Shown here: positions 10,103 through 20,362 of the stretch, one piece after another
Layout of the letters: each line of letters starts with the position of its first letter
How positions within the stretch are numbered: the stretch's first letter is position 1
From: Bdellovibrionales bacterium
GTDB lineage: Bacteria > Bdellovibrionota > Bdellovibrionia > Bdellovibrionales > JAGQZY01
Length of the DNA stretch: 64,000 nucleotides
Direction of reading: 5' to 3'
Assembly: GCA_964230645.1 (NCBI GenBank)
Contig: CAXRHT010000001.1
Coordinates: 384,001 to 448,000, forward strand
Notes under the pieces: generated by a model
The model's database searches: none
Told to the model about the DNA's origin: nothing
What the model saw: the letters and a program-made list of their open reading frames with translations, nothing else
Translations under genes and position numbers: made by a program

Positions 10103-10277
10103 AAGAGATCCTTTAAAAAAGTTACTCTTATTTGATCGGGACCCGACTAGACGAGAGAAAGGCTTCCAGAGCGGGTTCTAGACTTTCGATTTGCAATTCT
10201 GTTTTGTATTGAAACGAATTAAGACTAAATAACAGACTCTGACTGAGACTGCTTAAGAGTTTGACGAATTCTAGAAA

Positions 10278-13200
10278 TTAACGTCTCTGCTGCTCCATCA
10301 AGAATTTTACCTGCTCTTTAAGCTCATCGAGCTCTCCACGTAGTTTTTGGTTCTCCGTTTTCAACTGTTTCATTTCATCTTTCAGTTTGACATCTTCACC
10401 CTTAAGGCTTGCGATGTCACGTTTGTTCTGAACCACTAAATCTTGCATGCGAGCAAGGTCTTCTTTTGTCGCCATACAAGCGCCTGCAAGGTCTTGCACC
10501 GCATTCACCGTCGCCCAGTGGATAGGATCCACATCAAGCTCATAAAAGCCGTCCTCTCTTTGTCTAATAGCTTCTGGGATGACGTCCATCACTTCCTGAG
10601 CGATGAAACCTACGACTTCCTTGTCGCTGGGTAGACCTAGAGGGTTACCTTCCTTGTAATTGAATCGTACTGTTCGAAGTTTTAGAATTTCTTCAAGACC
10701 ATATTGATAGTCACCATGAATATCTTTTAATCTTCGGTCAGAGGTATTGATCCAGGCCGTTCCTGTACTTTTACCAGCGTCTCCTTGAACTTCCAAGGCA
10801 TAAGAAGGAGTTGTTGTCCCAATTCCCACATTACCTGAGGGGCTAAAAGCCATTGCGTAGTCACCTGTAGTTTCGTTGTGCACGTAAAGCGAGTCATCAG
10901 AAAATCCTGCCGTCTGCAGCAACCAGGTTTGGTCACTATTCTCCAGTCTCAAGGTTGCATTACCTGTAGCGATTCCAGATGATAAAGTGGAGGTGGCGTT
11001 CCCTGAACCATCATAAATATGAAGTTGATATCCAGGATTGGATGTTCCTACACCAATATTACCCGCAAAATAGTTCATGTCATCAGAACCATCCTGATAA
11101 AACCCGTAGGTGGAATCTCCTTGTAGGTTTCCTGCATAAAATCCGATAGCTCGGGTGATTGTTCCTCCGCCGAGGTTTGAATTTGTTGCATAGTAATTAT
11201 ACGCGCCCGTCATTGATCCGCTCGAAGAGTTGTGAATTGCCGAAATGTTTCCGAGTGAAAGTCCAAGAGCTCCAGAGCCAGCATGTTCGATGTGACCAAA
11301 ATATCCACTCAGGCTAGAAACATTACCTGTGCCAGCGAGTGTTGTTTCGACGAAGGAACCACCTAAGGCACCACCAGTCAAAGAATTGTTTCCAGTGCCG
11401 TGAACGGCAATTTTACTTCCAAAGTATTCAGTGGCCGTTCCATCAGTGCTTGGGCTTACGTTCATTGTCGTATTATTAAGAAAGTGGTCTCCACCATCGG
11501 CGACAGTCACATCATCATAAACATGAAAACGATTGTCTGGGTCTGTTGTACCAATTCCCACGTTCCCATTAAATTCAATTTCACTGTTTAAGGCATCGAC
11601 TAAAATTTCATTATTGGCCCCAATCTTTACGTTTCCACCAAAAGGGTTTAATTGAAATTGGGATGCTAGGCCACTAACTGAAGCCTGAAGCTCATTGCCA
11701 TCGACACGAACTCGAGTTGAGCCTTGATCTATGACTAAACTCCCCCCAATATCGGCGGCGGAGATATCGGTCCCCGAGGCAATATGCAGTTTTCCATCAG
11801 GTGCCGAAGTTCCTATTCCAACATTTCCCGTACTATTAAGTGTCATTCGCTCAGAACCATTGGTGGCAAAAGACAATGTGTCGGCCGAAGAAGTGAATAG
11901 TCCTGTATCTGGATCTCCTTGAAACCCGATGCCTACAGCTCCGGCCGATCCTGCACTGGCATTCAATTGTCCTGTTGAACTGATAGAGGCCACCTCTGAA
12001 CCATTGGTCTGGAAGCTCACGCCCCCATCGCCTCCGGAATTGTCCGAGTCGGAATTTATAACGTAGTTTCCTGTCGTGGCCGATGAAGATGTTTCCGTAG
12101 CCGATATGTTAGTAAGACCCGATCCGTCCCCTATAAAACTTGTGGCCCTTACTGTGCCACTAACATGCAGACGTGAGTTTGGATTATCAGTACCAATACC
12201 AACATCACCACTCGTATCAATGGTCATGCGAGTGTTATTATTCGTTCGAAGTTGTAATTCATGATTCGTCATTGATCCCGCAAAAGCAGCACCTTGACTA
12301 CTACTTCCCATAATAAAAGAAATATTATTAGTGACATCGCGACCTAAAAAGTAGGCCCTTCCGTCTCCTTCAACGGCGATCGTTGAGGCTCTTTGAATAT
12401 CAGTCGTCAATCCAGGAGTGTCCTCCACAGGAGCCCCGGTGTTTGAAACCGTGAATTGATAATTCGGTTCCGTTGTCCCAATGCCGACTCTTCCGTTACC
12501 TCTAATATTCATACGAACGGGTGAGGATTCCCACCCACCATCAACGGCGCCAGTCCTAAAAGCAATTCCATTATCTTGTGCAGCACTTGCTGCAATATTA
12601 AGAGCATTGTTTGTTCCAGGTACTGAATCATCACTGAGCCAAATTCCTGCGAGTTCTTCGTTACCATCTTGTTTGAAAATTAAATAGGGATTGTCACTAT
12701 CATTACTATTATCTGTATCTGCTGAAATATAGACTTTGGCATCCCCGGAAGCTCCCGCAGAAACTTCAAGCAAGCCATCAGGAGCCGTTGTACCGATTCC
12801 CAAGTTGCCATCTTTGGTGAGTCTCATCCATTCTTCGTAGCTTGTACTACTCGTGCTTGCTCCAAAAACCATATCACCCACATAGGAAGTCGACAAATCA
12901 GGGACAAACCCGACATATCCGAGCGCATAAGAACTTGAGGAATCACTTCCTCCAAACTCGATTAAAGAAGCGGCACCGGCGGTGTCTCCTGCATTCTTAA
13001 ATTTAACTCTTTCACCAGCAGGGGCTCTTAGAGTTCCTGAGGAAGGGCTATAGAGGTCGGTGCTCTCATAGGAAACATAGAGTTTTTCAGAAGCCGTCTG
13101 CGTTCCAATCCCTACATTTCCAGAGGCATTGATCAAAAGACTTTGAGTTCCAGCATTGGAAAAAGCGATTTCGTTGGTCCCGGAAAGAAAAATTCCCGAA

Positions 13201-16200
13201 TCCGAGTCGTTATTAAAAGAAATTCCAGGAGTGGCTGCCGTACCATCAGCCGCCAAAAATGATCCAGTCATCGGTACAGAACCATTGGCCAGAAAGTCTC
13301 CTCCACCACCCCAGCCACTAGAAATATCGCGACAGTTCGCTCCACTCTCATCACAAATTTGCTCAGCTCGCACGGTGCCTGCGACATCCAATTCTGATGC
13401 AGGGGCGGTTGTTCCAATTCCAACATTTCCCTGTTCGTCAATTCTCATAGCTTCAACCAAGTTCGAACCCGTAGATGTATGAAAAGCTAGAAACCCGCTC
13501 GTAGAGTCGGACGAGTATCCTCTCGCCCTTGCGTATTCAAACCCTTCTGACTGAAAATGAATATTGCTCGTATTTGGGGAGGTACCGGTATTATTTAATG
13601 TCACTGAGGTTGGGGTACTTCCCTGGCCTTCAAGATGCAGGCGTGTACTAGGAGACGTCGTTCCAATCCCGACATTGCCTGAGGCATTAACTCTCACTCT
13701 TTCAGTGTCATTCGTTGTAAATACTATGTCATCATTGTTATTTGTTTTTAATTCGATATCCGAGTCTGAACTAAAGATTCTAACCACACCATTGGTGTTA
13801 AAGCCGAAGTACCTTGTGAGAGCAGGGTCTTGAATTCGTTCAGTGTACACTCTTCCAGCAAAAGTGGCGTCTTGAGAAGTATCAAAGCTTAGGGCTGTGG
13901 TGTTGTTTGATTCCAAGGCGAGAGTGCTATCGTTGGAACCAACGACAACAGCACCAGAATTACCACCATTGAGAAGATCACCGCTGCTACCACCACCGAT
14001 AAGGTCCACATAAGCTCCATTATTTTCTGATACTCTGAACTTATTAGCTGTAGAATCAAAATATATACGTCCTTGTCCGGCAGGAGAAACCGTTGGCGAG
14101 GCCATTCCACGAGTAGTAAGCGCACCATCAACATCTAACAGTGTGCTTGGGGTTGTTGTCCCGATTCCAACATTACCACTTGAATCAATACGAACTCTTT
14201 CGCTACCACCCGTGGAGAGCCCTAAGCTGTCAGCAGCTCCTCTAAAAACTCCCGTGTCCTCATCACCATCAAAAGTGACCGATGGATTCGCTGCCGAACC
14301 GTTAGTGGCTTCAAAGATACCCGTCATGGGCACGCTTCCGTCAGCAAGGAAGTCTCCTCCACCACCCCAGCCACTAGAAATGTCTCTACAGTTAGCACCA
14401 CTTTCATCACAAATTTGTTCAGCTCTTACTGTTCCCGCCACATCAAGTTTTGATGCGGGGGAAACTCTACCGATACCGACATTTCCTTCGCTCGTTATTC
14501 TGAGTTTTTCCGTAGGTAAATTACCATCGGAAGCGGTCTCGAAAATAAGCGCACTGTCTCTATCAGTGGTATCGTTTGTTTGGGTATTTTCCCAAATGGC
14601 TCCGACTCTCCCGGCAGCGGCCACATTGTCGTTAGTGTACCCCTCCAAAGAAAAAATGACACTGGCGCCAAAACCGTTGCCAGGTGCAGTGGTTGAGGAT
14701 CTTTTTCGTATCAATCTTAGAGCATTTCTTATTCCATTATCATCATCAATTCTCTCAAACGAGGGGGCTGAACCAGGACCATTTGAAATCGTGTTTAACA
14801 CTCCATCAGGATTCGTGGTTCCAATCCCTACCTGACCTGTTGTATCTATCGTCACAGCTGCCGCACTGTTTGTGATCAAATTGAGTTCTTGTCCATTACT
14901 GGTTCCAATATTGAGTGATGCGGCTGGCGAATTTCCTCCGTCAATAATATAGCCGTCATCAGCAATAATCGCTTCAACTTCGGCATTTGATAAAACAAAA
15001 TTCGAACGAGTCATTTTACGGAGACCGCCAGCGGAAACGTCGTAGATTAAGATCTCGTCTCCAGTGGCCACTGCGGCTTCAGGAGTTTCATTCGTGAAGT
15101 CCACATGAACGCCTGTTCCATCGACGGTGATGGCATCTCCTCCAACCACCTCAACGTCATCGGCATTTACGTTGATCCCGTTTCCAGCTCCCACGGCTAG
15201 AGTGCGATCAGCGGATAAATCCCCACCTCCGGTGAGTCCGTCTCCTGAGGCTATCGATCTTGTCGATGAAACTTTTGCGCCTTCTAATTCTACAAGAGCG
15301 TCCTGAAGTGTTGTCGCCGTTAAAGGAGTGGTTCCAACAGGAATAGCGGTCGGATCAAAAGCACTTTCTGTGAGAGTTAAAGTCACATCATCAGTGGTCG
15401 AGGAAACGATAATCTTTCCGTTGGCTGAATCGAGAGTTTTAAACTCAAGATCCACCCCATTTTTGGCTTTAAAAATTCCCTCGCCAGAACCTACATTGAT
15501 TCCGTCATTAACTTCTCCGCCAGCGGCTGTTCCAAAGGCTGTCCAAGTAGAGCCATCACAAAATGAAACGGACCCTCCGACATACTTTAAAGTTCCTTCT
15601 TTTGTACCGTCACAGAGTGCCAAATCATCACCGATCTGTACACCACCAGCTACTTGAAGTTGTGAGGTTGGTGCAGAAGTGCCAATCCCAACTTGCCCCG
15701 ATTTTAAGACATTAAAAACATCACCATCACCACTATCTACAGAACTGATCATCAAGGCTGATCCAGTGGATTCTCCAGAAAGTGAAATTTCCAATTTTCC
15801 TTCAGGAGTTGTTTCATCAAAACCAAAGTTACCTGATCGATTCATTTTGAAAAACGAAACAACGGAGCTATTATTTAATATCTCGAACGCCAATTCACCA
15901 TCATCTTTATTGGTGTTATCAGCTCCGCTGAGAGAATAAATTCTAGCGATTCGATTCCCATCCCAGTCGAAATCAATAAGACCAGTGGGCGAGTAAGAAT
16001 TCGTTCTTGCACCATCCAAAGTTATTTTTGGAGCACTATCTCCCGTTTCGCGGAGTAAAATCTCTGAATTACTGTTAGACTCAATGTGCAGCTGCTCTGT
16101 TGGCACCGTCGTCCCAATTCCTACATTTCCCGAATCATTAATTCGAACGGCTTCAGAATCATCAACATTGAAAGACAGGTAAGAGTTGGCTTGTAAGTTT

Positions 16201-18650
16201 CCAACGTCGGCCGAGATAGTTAGAGTGCCTTCATTCACAGTTCTCAGTGAAGAAGAAGCACCCGTGTCCGAATCTTTAAGCCTTAGCTCTGGCGCATTAT
16301 TCTCTATATGTAATAAGCTCTCAGGCGAAGAGGTTCCAATTCCCACTCGGCCATTAGCTCCCAGAATGGTTAAACCATCTTCTACATTCGGTTGAGTTCC
16401 ATCGTCTGATGCAAGAAGGCTAATGCCCTCATCAGTGAATCGTATGTCTCGTCGGTTTCCAGAGTTTGAAGTGGCGATGGTACCAGGTGATCCGCCCGGA
16501 GATGAGAACGTTATCGATCCAGTGGAACTACCAGGGTTATTAAGTTGCAAAGCTCCATTAGTTCCAAGAGTCATGGAATTAATATTATTGGATTCAAACC
16601 TCAGTTCGGCATCATCGGAACCCACGGTGACTGAGCCGCTGTTTCCACCATTTATTAGATAACCGTTATTGGAAACAAACGAGTCCACTTCCGTTTCCGA
16701 ACGAACAAAGTTGTCTCGACTCATCTCTTTTAAATTACCCGAGTCAGAGTTATCTCGAATTAATAGCGAATCTAAAGACTCTACCACTGTCTCGTTAGGT
16801 GTACCCGCAATGTCTACGTGGACTCCTGATGCGTCCACCCGGATTCCTTCACCAGGATTGACACTCACGTCGTCCGCATTGACTGTGATTCCATCTCCGG
16901 CCCCTACGTCAAAGCTTCTATTAGCAGTTAAATCTCCACCACCTGTTAATCCTGAGCCAGCGCTTAAATCCACAGTGTTTGAAACGTAATCAGACGGATT
17001 TTTATCAACCCAACTTAAAACTCCAGCGCCACTTGTTTGTAGCACCTGTCCCGCACCACCATCGTCGTCAGGTAGAGTCCAAACAAAAGAAGCCGGTGCA
17101 TTGATCGTTGCAGGGGATCTAAAACCGACGTATTTCGTGGTTGTGTCTTGAAATCGCAATTCTGTAGGCGTGCCTCCACTAAGATCCATAAGCAAATTGC
17201 CATTCATGGAGTCACCACTTTTTGCTAATTTTTCATTACTGAGTTCTTCAATAGCTCCTTGAACCTCTGTTGCGGTGTCCACGTCGCCACCAAATGTGTT
17301 GTCAAAATTTATTTGGTTCGCATCGTAGTCTCCTGCGGTTGCGACAACATTTCCTGTCCTTCCAAAAACTTGGGTAACTCCAGCGTTAACGTCCTGCCAA
17401 CTCAACACACCACTTCCATCGGTTTGTAGGTACTGCCCAGGATCTCCGTCACTGTCTGGTAGTGTTAGATTAACAATTGAGGTCAAACTTGCTGGGGCTT
17501 TTAGAGAAACATACTCAGATCCATTACCCGTGTTCTCAGAAAACCTTACTTCATTTTCGTTAGAAAGAATGACCGGGCCTGCGGAATTGATACCGTTCGT
17601 AACACCAATTCCTCCACTCACAGTCAGATCATTCCCCACCGTGGCGTCTAAGGTAACGCTTAAATTATTTCCCACACCTAAATCGTTACTTGCTGAAATA
17701 TTATTATTGGCCAAAACATCATTGGCGTTTAATAGATTCTGATTTCCCATGTCGATGGAACCGGTCATGGTGCCACCAGCAATGGGAAGCTTTGTGACAT
17801 CGTCAATGACCTCAGAGTTCCACTGACTACCATCCCAAGTTAAAACCTGTCCATCCTCACCGACTCCCAGAGCATCGAGATCAGAGCTATTAACTTGTTG
17901 TCCTCCGATATAGCTGTTGGCGTATCCCACATTAACAGCATCGGAATCAACCAAAGGATCTGGGTCCGCTAAATTCACAATCTTTTGATTGTTATTATTT
18001 ACGTCTGTTGTGGGTGCACCGGCTGTAAAACTTGCGCTGCTCCCATCGAGGAGAGCTTGTAATTCGCTCCAATTGGCATCGCTAAATACAAATTCAAGAT
18101 TGTTCTGATCCAGATTAAAACCTGTTCCAGAATTGATTGTTAAAATTTCACTCGCACTCAAACCATTAAGACTCGAGGCATTGCTTGCGTAAGGCACGCT
18201 CACCACGTTGTGATCTTGGGCAAGAGTGACTGGACCTGAGCCATCATCAAAAGTCAGACGCAGTTTTCGACCATCACTTGGGTCCGCCGTGTAATTGGGT
18301 CCCAGTGCACAAGTTGTCGGAGCGACCATTCCAATGGAATTGTCGAGAGCATCCGCCAAGCTAGTTAGGTCTTCGTAGGAACCATCACCTGGCTTCACAC
18401 CCTCCCCGACAGTTAGGCTAAAAATCCCATTAGAGTTTGTCATATTCACGGTATGACTTTCTTTGTACAAAACACAAAGCTCAGGCTCTGGTGAAAGAAT
18501 TTCTAGGGTGAATTGCACGGAATTGGATTCCAAGGCTTGGCCATTGGGTTTGATAATCTGGCCTTGATAGGTAAATTTCGCCGGAGCAGCAAATGCAGAG
18601 CTTAACCCGATCAGGCTAGTTAGAAAAAGAACAAAAACTTTAACGTGCAC
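10278..18650 (-). CDS. Giant phage-tail-fibre-like adhesin with C-terminal peptidase S74 intramolecular chaperone (Bdellovibrio MAT-like), 2790 aa
   Basis: Signal peptide then FTYQGQI; many GNVGIGT repeats; SDRRLKD...GLEEILKLRTVRFNY...GFIAQEV S74 domain; C-terminal coiled coil. Confidence 0.9.
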   Translation of the reverse strand: MHVKVFVLFLTSLIGLSSAFAAPAKFTYQGQIIKPNGQALESNSVQFTLEILSPEPELCVLYKESHTVNMTNSNGIFSLTVGEGVKPGDGSYEDLTSLADALDNSIGMVAPTTCALGPNYTADPSDGRKLRLTFDDGSGPVTLAQDHNVVSVPYASNASSLNGLSASEILTINSGTGFNLDQNNLEFVFSDANWSELQALLDGSSASFTAGAPTTDVNNNNQKIVNLADPDPLVDSDAVNVGYANSYIGGQQVNSSDLDALGVGEDGQVLTWDGSQWNSEVIDDVTKLPIAGGTMTGSIDMGNQNLLNANDVLANNNISASNDLGVGNNLSVTLDATVGNDLTVSGGIGVTNGINSAGPVILSNENEVRFSENTGNGSEYVSLKAPASLTSIVNLTLPDSDGDPGQYLQTDGSGVLSWQDVNAGVTQVFGRTGNVVATAGDYDANQINFDNTFGGDVDTATEVQGAIEELSNEKLAKSGDSMNGNLLMDLSGGTPTELRFQDTTTKYVGFRSPATINAPASFVWTLPDDDGGAGQVLQTSGAGVLSWVDKNPSDYVSNTVDLSAGSGLTGGGDLTANRSFDVGAGDGITVNADDVSVNPGEGIRVDASGVHVDIAGTPNETVVESLDSLLIRDNSDSGNLKEMSRDNFVRSETEVDSFVSNNGYLINGGNSGSVTVGSDDAELRFESNNINSMTLGTNGALQLNNPGSSTGSITFSSPGGSPGTIATSNSGNRRDIRFTDEGISLLASDDGTQPNVEDGLTILGANGRVGIGTSSPESLLHIENNAPELRLKDSDTGASSSLRTVNEGTLTISADVGNLQANSYLSFNVDDSEAVRINDSGNVGIGTTVPTEQLHIESNSNSEILLRETGDSAPKITLDGARTNSYSPTGLIDFDWDGNRIARIYSLSGADNTNKDDGELAFEILNNSSVVSFFKMNRSGNFGFDETTPEGKLEISLSGESTGSALMISSVDSGDGDVFNVLKSGQVGIGTSAPTSQLQVAGGVQIGDDLALCDGTKEGTLKYVGGSVSFCDGSTWTAFGTAAGGEVNDGINVGSGEGIFKAKNGVDLEFKTLDSANGKIIVSSTTDDVTLTLTESAFDPTAIPVGTTPLTATTLQDALVELEGAKVSSTRSIASGDGLTGGGDLSADRTLAVGAGNGINVNADDVEVVGGDAITVDGTGVHVDFTNETPEAAVATGDEILIYDVSAGGLRKMTRSNFVLSNAEVEAIIADDGYIIDGGNSPAASLNIGTSNGQELNLITNSAAAVTIDTTGQVGIGTTNPDGVLNTISNGPGSAPSFERIDDDNGIRNALRLIRKRSSTTAPGNGFGASVIFSLEGYTNDNVAAAGRVGAIWENTQTNDTTDRDSALIFETASDGNLPTEKLRITSEGNVGIGRVSPASKLDVAGTVRAEQICDESGANCRDISSGWGGGGDFLADGSVPMTGIFEATNGSAANPSVTFDGDEDTGVFRGAADSLGLSTGGSERVRIDSSGNVGIGTTTPSTLLDVDGALTTRGMASPTVSPAGQGRIYFDSTANKFRVSENNGAYVDLIGGGSSGDLLNGGNSGAVVVGSNDSTLALESNNTTALSFDTSQDATFAGRVYTERIQDPALTRYFGFNTNGVVRIFSSDSDIELKTNNNDDIVFTTNDTERVRVNASGNVGIGTTSPSTRLHLEGQGSTPTSVTLNNTGTSPNTSNIHFQSEGFEYARARGYSSDSTSGFLAFHTSTGSNLVEAMRIDEQGNVGIGTTAPASELDVAGTVRAEQICDESGANCRDISSGWGGGGDFLANGSVPMTGSFLAADGTAATPGISFNNDSDSGIFLSGTNEIAFSNAGTQSLLINASGNVGIGTQTASEKLYVSYESTDLYSPSSGTLRAPAGERVKFKNAGDTAGAASLIEFGGSDSSSSYALGYVGFVPDLSTSYVGDMVFGASTSSTSYEEWMRLTKDGNLGIGTTAPDGLLEVSAGASGDAKVYISADTDNSNDSDNPYLIFKQDGNEELAGIWLSDDSVPGTNNALNIAASAAQDNGIAFRTGAVDGGWESSPVRMNIRGNGRVGIGTTEPNYQFTVSNTGAPVEDTPGLTTDIQRASTIAVEGDGRAYFLGRDVTNNISFIMGSSSQGAAFAGSMTNHELQLRTNNNTRMTIDTSGDVGIGTDNPNSRLHVSGTVRATSFIGDGSGLTNISATETSSSATTGNYVINSDSDNSGGDGGVSFQTNGSEVASISSTGQLNASAGSAGAVGIGFQGDPDTGLFTSSADTLSFATNGSERMTLNSTGNVGIGTSAPDGKLHIASGTDISAADIGGSLVIDQGSTRVRVDGNELQASVSGLASQFQLNPFGGNVKIGANNEILVDALNSEIEFNGNVGIGTTDPDNRFHVYDDVTVADGGDHFLNNTTMNVSPSTDGTATEYFGSKIAVHGTGNNSLTGGALGGSFVETTLAGTGNVSSLSGYFGHIEHAGSGALGLSLGNISAIHNSSSGSMTGAYNYYATNSNLGGGTITRAIGFYAGNLQGDSTYGFYQDGSDDMNYFAGNIGVGTSNPGYQLHIYDGSGNATSTLSSGIATGNATLRLENSDQTWLLQTAGFSDDSLYVHNETTGDYAMAFSPSGNVGIGTTTPSYALEVQGDAGKSTGTAWINTSDRRLKDIHGDYQYGLEEILKLRTVRFNYKEGNPLGLPSDKEVVGFIAQEVMDVIPEAIRQREDGFYELDVDPIHWATVNAVQDLAGACMATKEDLARMQDLVVQNKRDIASLKGEDVKLKDEMKQLKTENQKLRGELDELKEQVKFLMEQQRR

Positions 18651-18656
18651 ATATAG

Positions 18657-18683
18657 GTATCGGCAAGGAGGCGAAAAGATAAA
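18657..18683 (-). promoter_or_regulatory. Candidate sigma28 (FliA)-type promoter of the fibre gene
   Basis: Minus strand TTTA-N15-GCCGATAC versus consensus TAAA-N15-GCCGATAA; 6 nt upstream of the GTG start. Confidence 0.55.
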
Positions 18684-18995
18684 GCCTTAAAGTATGATTT
18701 TTATACGAAATAATTCAAATTCATCTCATTTGTTTACAACTGAGACCACGCAACTTCTGATAGCACGATTTTTAAAGAGGAAGGTCTAGGTCAATTGAAT
18801 CATTATGTTACAAAATATTAAATAACAAGAAACTTGAGATGCGAAAAAGTTAAACGCTATTTTTTAAACTCTTCTCAAAACAACACGTCGAACTTATTAA
18901 CGCATTCAAAAAGTTTTACACTCAAATCGAACTGAGCCCCCTTTGAATTGGCCCTCATTTTGCTTCTATAAAACATATCAACAAAAGAGGGAAAA

Positions 18996-19427
18996 ATGAA
19001 AAATCTAGTTCTAATTTTGGCTTCACTATTCGTATGCAACTCTGCATTCTCCCACACAGGTGAAAAAACTTGTGATGATAAAAAGATGTTCCTAAGAGAT
19101 ATTTGTAAAGCTCAAGATTTAAAAGGAAGTGTGGCTCTCTTTAGTGAATGTGCTAACGGTTTTGACTACGAGATTTCAACTAAAGATGCCGTTGTCGAGT
19201 CAGACTTTGTAACGACTGATATTTCTTGCAAAATGGTAGAGATCAGAAAACAAGATGGTATCGAAACTCGTACAGCTTATTTCGACCAGTCTAACAATAA
19301 GGTTGTTGTTTACCAACACGACAACGGACTGGCTAATGCCTATGTTTACGGACAGACAGGCTATTACCACATCACCCAGTTTGCCAGTGGTGATTCAATA
19401 TTTAACTTTCACAGTTTCGAAAATTAA
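18996..19427 (+). CDS. Hypothetical secreted protein
   Basis: GAGGG RBS, signal peptide ending SAFS, followed by a terminator. Confidence 0.75.
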   Translation: MKNLVLILASLFVCNSAFSHTGEKTCDDKKMFLRDICKAQDLKGSVALFSECANGFDYEISTKDAVVESDFVTTDISCKMVEIRKQDGIETRTAYFDQSNNKVVVYQHDNGLANAYVYGQTGYYHITQFASGDSIFNFHSFEN

Positions 19428-19463
19428 TTTTCGAACGATTAGAGATTCTAGGGTTTAAGGTAT

Positions 19464-19495
19464 AGCCACTCATGTTTCATGAGTGGCTTTTTTTT
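19464..19495 (+). terminator. Rho-independent terminator
   Basis: AGCCACTCATG-ttt-CATGAGTGGCT followed by a T-run, between convergent genes. Confidence 0.85.
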
Positions 19496-19498
19496 ATT

Positions 19499-20362
19499 TT
19501 AAATTCCGACCGGATGCCAAATGGTTTTTGATTCGGTAAATGCAACAAGGCTCTCAAGCCCCTGATTTTCAAACTGCCAGTTCACGGTTCGTTTCATATT
19601 GTCACAGGCCCACTCTTTAAAACGAGAAAACCTCTCTTGAGATTCAGAATCGCACAATATGGAATGCACTTCCATATGTTGACCGAGATGAGACTCTAAC
19701 TCTTCAAGACTTCCTGAAAGAAGATTGACGACTCCCCCTGGCAGGTCTGAGGTTTTAAAAATCTCACCAAGCTCAGAGAGTAAAACAGCCCCGGGTGCCT
19801 CCATGATACAAACACATGTGTTACCTGATGCAATCACGCTCGCTATTTGCGAGAAAAAACGGGGAAGAGAAAATTCTTGATCCGATACAATACCGACAAC
19901 ACCGACGGGTTCAGGAGTGGTAAAGTTATGAAAGGGCCCACTCACCGGATTCACCGAAGCCATAACCTGAGAGTACTTATCGGCAAAACCAGCGTAAAAA
20001 ACTAAAGTATCAATGGCCTCATCAAATTTCCGCTCGGCTTTTTCATCACTTCGACCCATCACAAGTGTTAAAGCATTTAAGACCTCTTCTTTTTTACCCT
20101 GTAGCATCTCAGCCATACGATAAAGAATCTGGGCTCGGTTATAGGCTGTTCTACCCGACCATCCGCCCAAGGCATTTTTTGCTTTTTCCACGGCATTGCG
20201 AACGTCTTTTCTCGATGATTGGCAAAGATGGGCATACAAGGTCTTACCGTCCGTTTGAAAGACGGGAAAACTTCGGCCAGATTCCGTGCGAGGAAACTCG
20301 CCACCAATATAGAGCTTTGTTGTTTTAACGACTGTTTGGGATGTTTTATCTAAACCCGCCAT
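19499..20362 (-). CDS. Short aldehyde dehydrogenase-like protein (ALDH16 C-terminal/second-subunit type)
   Basis: KLYIGGEFPRTESGR, SRKDVRNAV, PEPVGVVG, LPGGVVN, ESKTIWHPVG; NAD-binding half only, no catalytic Cys domain. Confidence 0.85.
   Translation of the reverse strand: MAGLDKTSQTVVKTTKLYIGGEFPRTESGRSFPVFQTDGKTLYAHLCQSSRKDVRNAVEKAKNALGGWSGRTAYNRAQILYRMAEMLQGKKEEVLNALTLVMGRSDEKAERKFDEAIDTLVFYAGFADKYSQVMASVNPVSGPFHNFTTPEPVGVVGIVSDQEFSLPRFFSQIASVIASGNTCVCIMEAPGAVLLSELGEIFKTSDLPGGVVNLLSGSLEELESHLGQHMEVHSILCDSESQERFSRFKEWACDNMKRTVNWQFENQGLESLVAFTESKTIWHPVGI

Noticed and set aside
11400..17742. Numerous plus-strand ORFs (e.g. 14143-14835, 230 aa) inside the fibre gene
   Set aside because: Antisense shadows of the Gly/Ser/Thr-rich repeats (PIPT mirrors VGIG); no independent evidence of coding
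10278..18650. Prophage, suggested by the tail-fibre/S74 domain
   Set aside because: The protein has a Sec signal peptide and there are no capsid, terminase or other phage genes nearby; it fits a host adhesin
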